64,000 bases of DNA from the NCBI GenBank assembly GCA_964291315.2, contig OZ219753.1, positions 640,001 to 704,000 of the forward strand, in the 5' to 3' direction. The notes beneath the pieces were generated by a model. It worked only from the letters and a program-made list of their open reading frames with translations, was not told where the DNA came from and did no database searches. Within the stretch, counting starts at the first letter, position 1; each line of letters starts with the position of its first letter. The stretch comes from Candidatus Poribacteria bacterium (GTDB taxonomy: Bacteria; Poribacteria; WGA-4E; WGA-3G). The position numbers and the translations under genes are program-made. Shown in pieces: positions 59,953 through 64,000 of the stretch.

Positions 59953-61545
59953 ATGGTAGCAAACATCCTCGAACTTCGGAATGTTACGAAAATTTTCGGA
60001 GACTTCGTTGCGGTTGATAGTGTCAATTTTGAATTACGACCTGGTGAAATCCACGCCATCTTAGGCGAAAATGGTGCCGGTAAGTCCACTCTGATGAACC
60101 TTATCTATGGACTTTACCAACCGTCGGCGGGACGCATCTATGTTACAGATCGGGAGAATTGGCGGTATGAACTGCGTGCGAAGTCACCACGTGATGCCAT
60201 CGTTAGCGGTATTGGCATGGTGCATCAACATTTCATGCTTGTTGAGAATCTGAGTGTCGCCGAAAACATCGCTTTGAGTATGGGACAACTGCGTCAAAAC
60301 ACGCCAATAGGCATACCGGCGAACGGGAATCGCAAGAATTGGTGGCGGAAGTTCCGTTTTAATAAAAAAGAGGCTATCCGTATCACCGAAGCACTTTCGG
60401 TGCAGTTCGGCCTAGCTGTAGATCCGAGTGCCCCGGTCCGGAGCCTATCGGTAGGTTTAAAACAGCGTGTAGAGATCCTAAAAGCGCTTGCAGCGGATGC
60501 CCGGATTCTGATTCTTGATGAACCGACAGCTGTTCTAAGCCCACAAGAGGTAGGAGGCTTCTTCGCCATTCTACGCAAACTCCAGGCCGATGCCCGCGCT
60601 ATCATCTTCATCAGCCACAAGATGAAGGAGGTTTTAGACATCAGCGATAGGATAACTGTCTTAAGACGCGGTAAGAAAGTTTATCTCGGTAAAACGGGAG
60701 AGCTAACTGCACGGGAACTTGCAAGAGAGATGATTGGAGAAGACATCAACGAAGTTGAAAGATCAACGAGTGCGGAACCCGAGAGCAAGCCGGCAGAAAG
60801 TGTCCTTCAGGTTTCGAATTTGACAGTCTTGGGAGATCGGAATGTAGATGCAGTTTCGAATGTCTCTATGGAAACCCGGCGCGGTGAAATTGTGGGCATC
60901 GCTGGAGTTGACGGTAATGGACAACGCGAACTCGCTGAAGCAATTATGGGGTTGCGACCCAGCGTATCTGGAAAAATAAGCATCTTGAATGTGAGTCCAA
61001 AAGGAATCAAGGCGGTTCGACATCTCGGGGTCGGTTATATCCCTGAAGATAGGCAGACAACCGGAGTCATCGCAGCGTTCTCAATTACCGAGAACCTGCT
61101 ACTGAATATTACACATTTAGAAAACCTTGCAGAGTGGCATGTTCTTAGCCAAAAGAAGAAACGGGAAACCGCGGCGCAGCTCATCGCGGATTATGATATC
61201 CGCCCCGCAGTTGCTGATATACCAGTATCTGCACTCTCCGGTGGCAATCAACAGAAAATTGTTATTGCACGAGAAATTTCACTTCATCCCGAGCTTCTTA
61301 TTGCGGTTAACCCCACACGCGGTTTAGATGTTAACGCAGCACGTTATGTACACGAGAATTTATTGGCACAATGTGAAAAAGAAAAATCCGTTCTATTAAT
61401 TTCAACAGAACTCGATGAGGTTTTGCTATTGAGCGATCGACTCTATGTCATGTCAAGAGGCGAACTCATCGAAGCAACCGCACAACGCAATGACATTGAG
61501 GCTCTCGGTTTGTTAATGACCGGAGAAAACTATGCGCAGGAATAG
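59953..61545 (+). CDS. ABC transporter ATP-binding protein with two nucleotide-binding domains (nucleoside/sugar type)
   Basis: GENGAGKST, LILDEPT, GVDGNGQ, LSGGNQQK, PTRGLD. Confidence 0.95.
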   Translation: MVANILELRNVTKIFGDFVAVDSVNFELRPGEIHAILGENGAGKSTLMNLIYGLYQPSAGRIYVTDRENWRYELRAKSPRDAIVSGIGMVHQHFMLVENLSVAENIALSMGQLRQNTPIGIPANGNRKNWWRKFRFNKKEAIRITEALSVQFGLAVDPSAPVRSLSVGLKQRVEILKALAADARILILDEPTAVLSPQEVGGFFAILRKLQADARAIIFISHKMKEVLDISDRITVLRRGKKVYLGKTGELTARELAREMIGEDINEVERSTSAEPESKPAESVLQVSNLTVLGDRNVDAVSNVSMETRRGEIVGIAGVDGNGQRELAEAIMGLRPSVSGKISILNVSPKGIKAVRHLGVGYIPEDRQTTGVIAAFSITENLLLNITHLENLAEWHVLSQKKKRETAAQLIADYDIRPAVADIPVSALSGGNQQKIVIAREISLHPELLIAVNPTRGLDVNAARYVHENLLAQCEKEKSVLLISTELDEVLLLSDRLYVMSRGELIEATAQRNDIEALGLLMTGENYAQE

Positions 61546-61638
61546 CGGGTTGTGTGGATCGGAGAGTTTCTTTCAAGACTCGTAATATTCTCAGTCGCGT
61601 AGGAATTCGCCCAAAACCATTGGGAACGTAGTGGAGCA

Positions 61639-62697
61639 ATGACCATATTCGATAATTTAAAAAATAGTTTGAAAATTCGATGGTTGGTAACACCTGTTGT
61701 AATTCTTGTGAGTGCGTTTATCACGAATGCCATTATAATGTTGTTATGCCACTATAACCCATTAGAAGCCTATGAGGCAGCGGTGGCCGGAGCATTTGGT
61801 AGCGGGCGAAAATTCGGGGAGACGTTAGTGAAAAGCACACCGTTTTTGATGGCGGGGCTTTCGGTTGCCATGGCGTTTCGGTGTGGAATTTGGAATATTG
61901 GTGCCGAAGGGCAGTTTCTGATAGGTGCGCTAACAGCGACATGGTTCGGGACAAAATTTGCTCCATTTTTCCCTCAAACTTCGTGGATTGCTGTGCCAGT
62001 CTGCCTCTGTTTTGCAGCATTTGCAGGCGGAGTTTGGGGGCTCATTCCTGCAATCCTCAAAGTGACACGTGGGGTCAACGAAGTCATCAGTACGATCATG
62101 TTGAACTATATTGCGCTTCATCTGGTAAGTATGATGATAGATGGTGGTCCGTTGTGGGAAACAGCTCAGCGTGGCCCGCAGAGCGACCGGATAGTCGAAT
62201 GGGTATTTCTGCCTCGTCTCATCCCGCCCCATCGGGTACATCTGGGAATAGTTATCGCTGTGGTCCTGGCGATTATTCTCACCTTTGTCTTATTTAGAAC
62301 AACGTTCGGGTTTCAACTTCGCGCGGTAGGAGAGGGAGCGGCTGCAGCAGAATCAGCAGGGATTTCGATTGTCCAGAATACCCTCCGTGTCTTTTTTATT
62401 AGTGGTGCGCTTGCAGGACTCGGCGGCGCAATTGAACTGACTGCATTGACTCGGCGGCTATTTCTCAACTTTTCACCTGGATATGGTTACACAGCAATCG
62501 CTGTCGCTTTATTAGCAAGACTGAACCCGCTGGTGACGGTTGCTGCTGCTTTGTTGTTCGGTGTACTTACAACAGGTTCCTATAGCATGCAGCGTGAGGT
62601 CGGTATTTCTGATAAAGTGACCTTAGTGATGCAGGCGACCATCCTATTATTCGTTATTGGCTACAGCTCTATTCAGCTTTTTCGTAAGAGGGTTTGA
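61639..62697 (+). CDS. ABC transporter permease (nucleoside/sugar type)
   Basis: NIGAEGQ, NEVISTIMLNY, GFQLRAVG, GYTAIAVALL. Confidence 0.93.
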   Translation: MTIFDNLKNSLKIRWLVTPVVILVSAFITNAIIMLLCHYNPLEAYEAAVAGAFGSGRKFGETLVKSTPFLMAGLSVAMAFRCGIWNIGAEGQFLIGALTATWFGTKFAPFFPQTSWIAVPVCLCFAAFAGGVWGLIPAILKVTRGVNEVISTIMLNYIALHLVSMMIDGGPLWETAQRGPQSDRIVEWVFLPRLIPPHRVHLGIVIAVVLAIILTFVLFRTTFGFQLRAVGEGAAAAESAGISIVQNTLRVFFISGALAGLGGAIELTALTRRLFLNFSPGYGYTAIAVALLARLNPLVTVAAALLFGVLTTGSYSMQREVGISDKVTLVMQATILLFVIGYSSIQLFRKRV

Positions 62698-62806
62698 CAA
62701 TTACTCTCAAAGGTTCTACAGTTGTAAACGAAGGTATAGTTATTTAATTGGGCACAGTTTCTGCATTAATGATTACCGTCCGTTCAATAGTAGACTGACA
62801 AACAAC

Positions 62807-63736
62807 ATGTTTGAAGATATTTTCTCAGCAACAATTCGTGGAACGACCCCGCTCCTATTGGCAGCATTAGGTGAGGTTATCTCCCAACGTGCCGGTGTGC
62901 TTAACATCGGTATTGAAGGTATGATGCTCATCGGGGCGTTTTTTGGGATGGTAGGCTCGTTCTACACTGCAGAATTCACTATGATCGCGCCGTGGTTCGG
63001 GCTTTTGATGGCAGGTCTCAGTGGACTTACCGCCGCTGCTCTGTTTGCCCTATGTGCTATAAGGATGCGCGGCGACCAAGTCATCATCGGCACCGCAATG
63101 ACGCTCTTGGCATTAGGTTTAACCGAAGTTGTCTATCAGCGACTCTTCGGCGAGACAGGTATGGCGAAAGGTGTGCCAGCATTTCAGCAGATAGACATCC
63201 CGCTGCTCTCACGACTCCCTTTTATTGGGCGTGTGCTATTTTCACACAATATTCTCGTTTACATTGCATTTCTGCTTGTGCCGTGCGTCTATTTTTTTCT
63301 TTACCAAACACACCTCGGACTCAGAGTCCGCGCTTGTGGTGAACACCCGAGAGCAATCGCCGCGGCTGGTGCTGATGTCCTCCGTTTGAGAACAATGTGT
63401 CTACTATTTGGGGGTGCGATGGCAGGTATCGCTGGCGGTTATCTCTCGCTTGCAGATGTTCCATATTTTACTCCTGGAATGACGGTGGGGCGCGGGTTTA
63501 TAGCCTTAGCAATAGTTATTTTTGGAAAGTGGCATCCGATCAAGGCGTGCGGTGCAGCATTGCTCTTCGGGCTCGGTTCGGCGCTGGATGCGCGGTTTCA
63601 GGCCCTGGGCTGGGATGTTCCGTATCAAATATTCTTAATGCTCCCTTACCTTCTCTGTTTGGCGGTCTTGGCAGGATTCGTCGGTCGTGCGGAAGCTCCG
63701 CTGGCGTTAGGGAAACCGTACGGGCGCTCAAATTAG
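62807..63736 (+). CDS. ABC transporter permease (nucleoside/sugar type)
   Basis: TPLLLAALGE..RAGVLNIGIEG, GLRVRACGEHP, GRGFIALA; start moved to ATG 62807. Confidence 0.93.
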   Translation: MFEDIFSATIRGTTPLLLAALGEVISQRAGVLNIGIEGMMLIGAFFGMVGSFYTAEFTMIAPWFGLLMAGLSGLTAAALFALCAIRMRGDQVIIGTAMTLLALGLTEVVYQRLFGETGMAKGVPAFQQIDIPLLSRLPFIGRVLFSHNILVYIAFLLVPCVYFFLYQTHLGLRVRACGEHPRAIAAAGADVLRLRTMCLLFGGAMAGIAGGYLSLADVPYFTPGMTVGRGFIALAIVIFGKWHPIKACGAALLFGLGSALDARFQALGWDVPYQIFLMLPYLLCLAVLAGFVGRAEAPLALGKPYGRSN

Positions 63737-63813
63737 TTGGTTGTATTTAATCTCCCAAATGTTTTTATCAGGAGGGCTTTAAGTATAAGAAGAGACGCGT
63801 GGGTTCTAAACCC

Positions 63814-64000
63814 TTAGAATGTTCCGCCTAGGCGAAAATGAATTCTATTTGTATCCGCTGTTGGAACAGACACGAATGGGATGGCATAACCAATTCCGCC
63901 TGTAAGTGCTCCTAGATCCAAGTAGATGCCGGCACCAACAGAGGACGGCAACGGCTCTACTGTATCAATATCTTCTAGTGAATCCCAGACGTTCCCTGTA
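63814..64000 (-). CDS. C-terminal end of a BamA/TamA (Omp85) family outer-membrane protein, partial
   Basis: Hand translation TGNVWDSLEDIDTVEPLPSSVGAGIYLDLGALTGGIGYAIP...IHFRLGGTF-stop; GNVW, SVGxG and terminal Phe. Confidence 0.8.
   Translation of the reverse strand, partial: TGNVWDSLEDIDTVEPLPSSVGAGIYLDLGALTGGIGYAIPFVSVPTADTNRIHFRLGGTF

Overview
Bacterial chromosomal window, most likely Candidatus Poribacteria (inferred from a PhyH dioxygenase, two sulfatases, and four secreted LamG/lamin-tail proteins ending in a KL(T/A)T(T/R)W(G/A)x(I/L)K motif). It holds mainly carbohydrate, amino-acid and redox metabolism genes, three ABC transport loci, a helicase-less Type ISP-like restriction-modification enzyme, an hsp20 pair and two tandem large surface-protein paralogs. 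Four signals are missed by the ORF track. (1) A secreted His-rich beta-barrel-like gene at 34612-35697 whose N-terminus reads QES-UGA-G-A-UGA, a candidate double-selenocysteine UxxU motif, followed by a SECIS-like hairpin and sitting directly upstream of an ABC importer. (2) A selenocysteine formate dehydrogenase split in two by the track (54994-57699), which shows the genome most likely decodes UGA as Sec. (3) A Tyr/Phe/Trp/Leu-rich leader peptide with terminator/antiterminator in front of aroF-leuA. (4) Two sigma-54 promoters with a triple palindromic enhancer upstream of hsp20. Also seen: an RDD-PspA fusion, a probable ATA start codon, two perfect tandem duplications and several eroded gene remnants. 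No rRNA, tRNA, CRISPR array or transposase was recognised. All family assignments come from motif recognition by eye, not from database searches.
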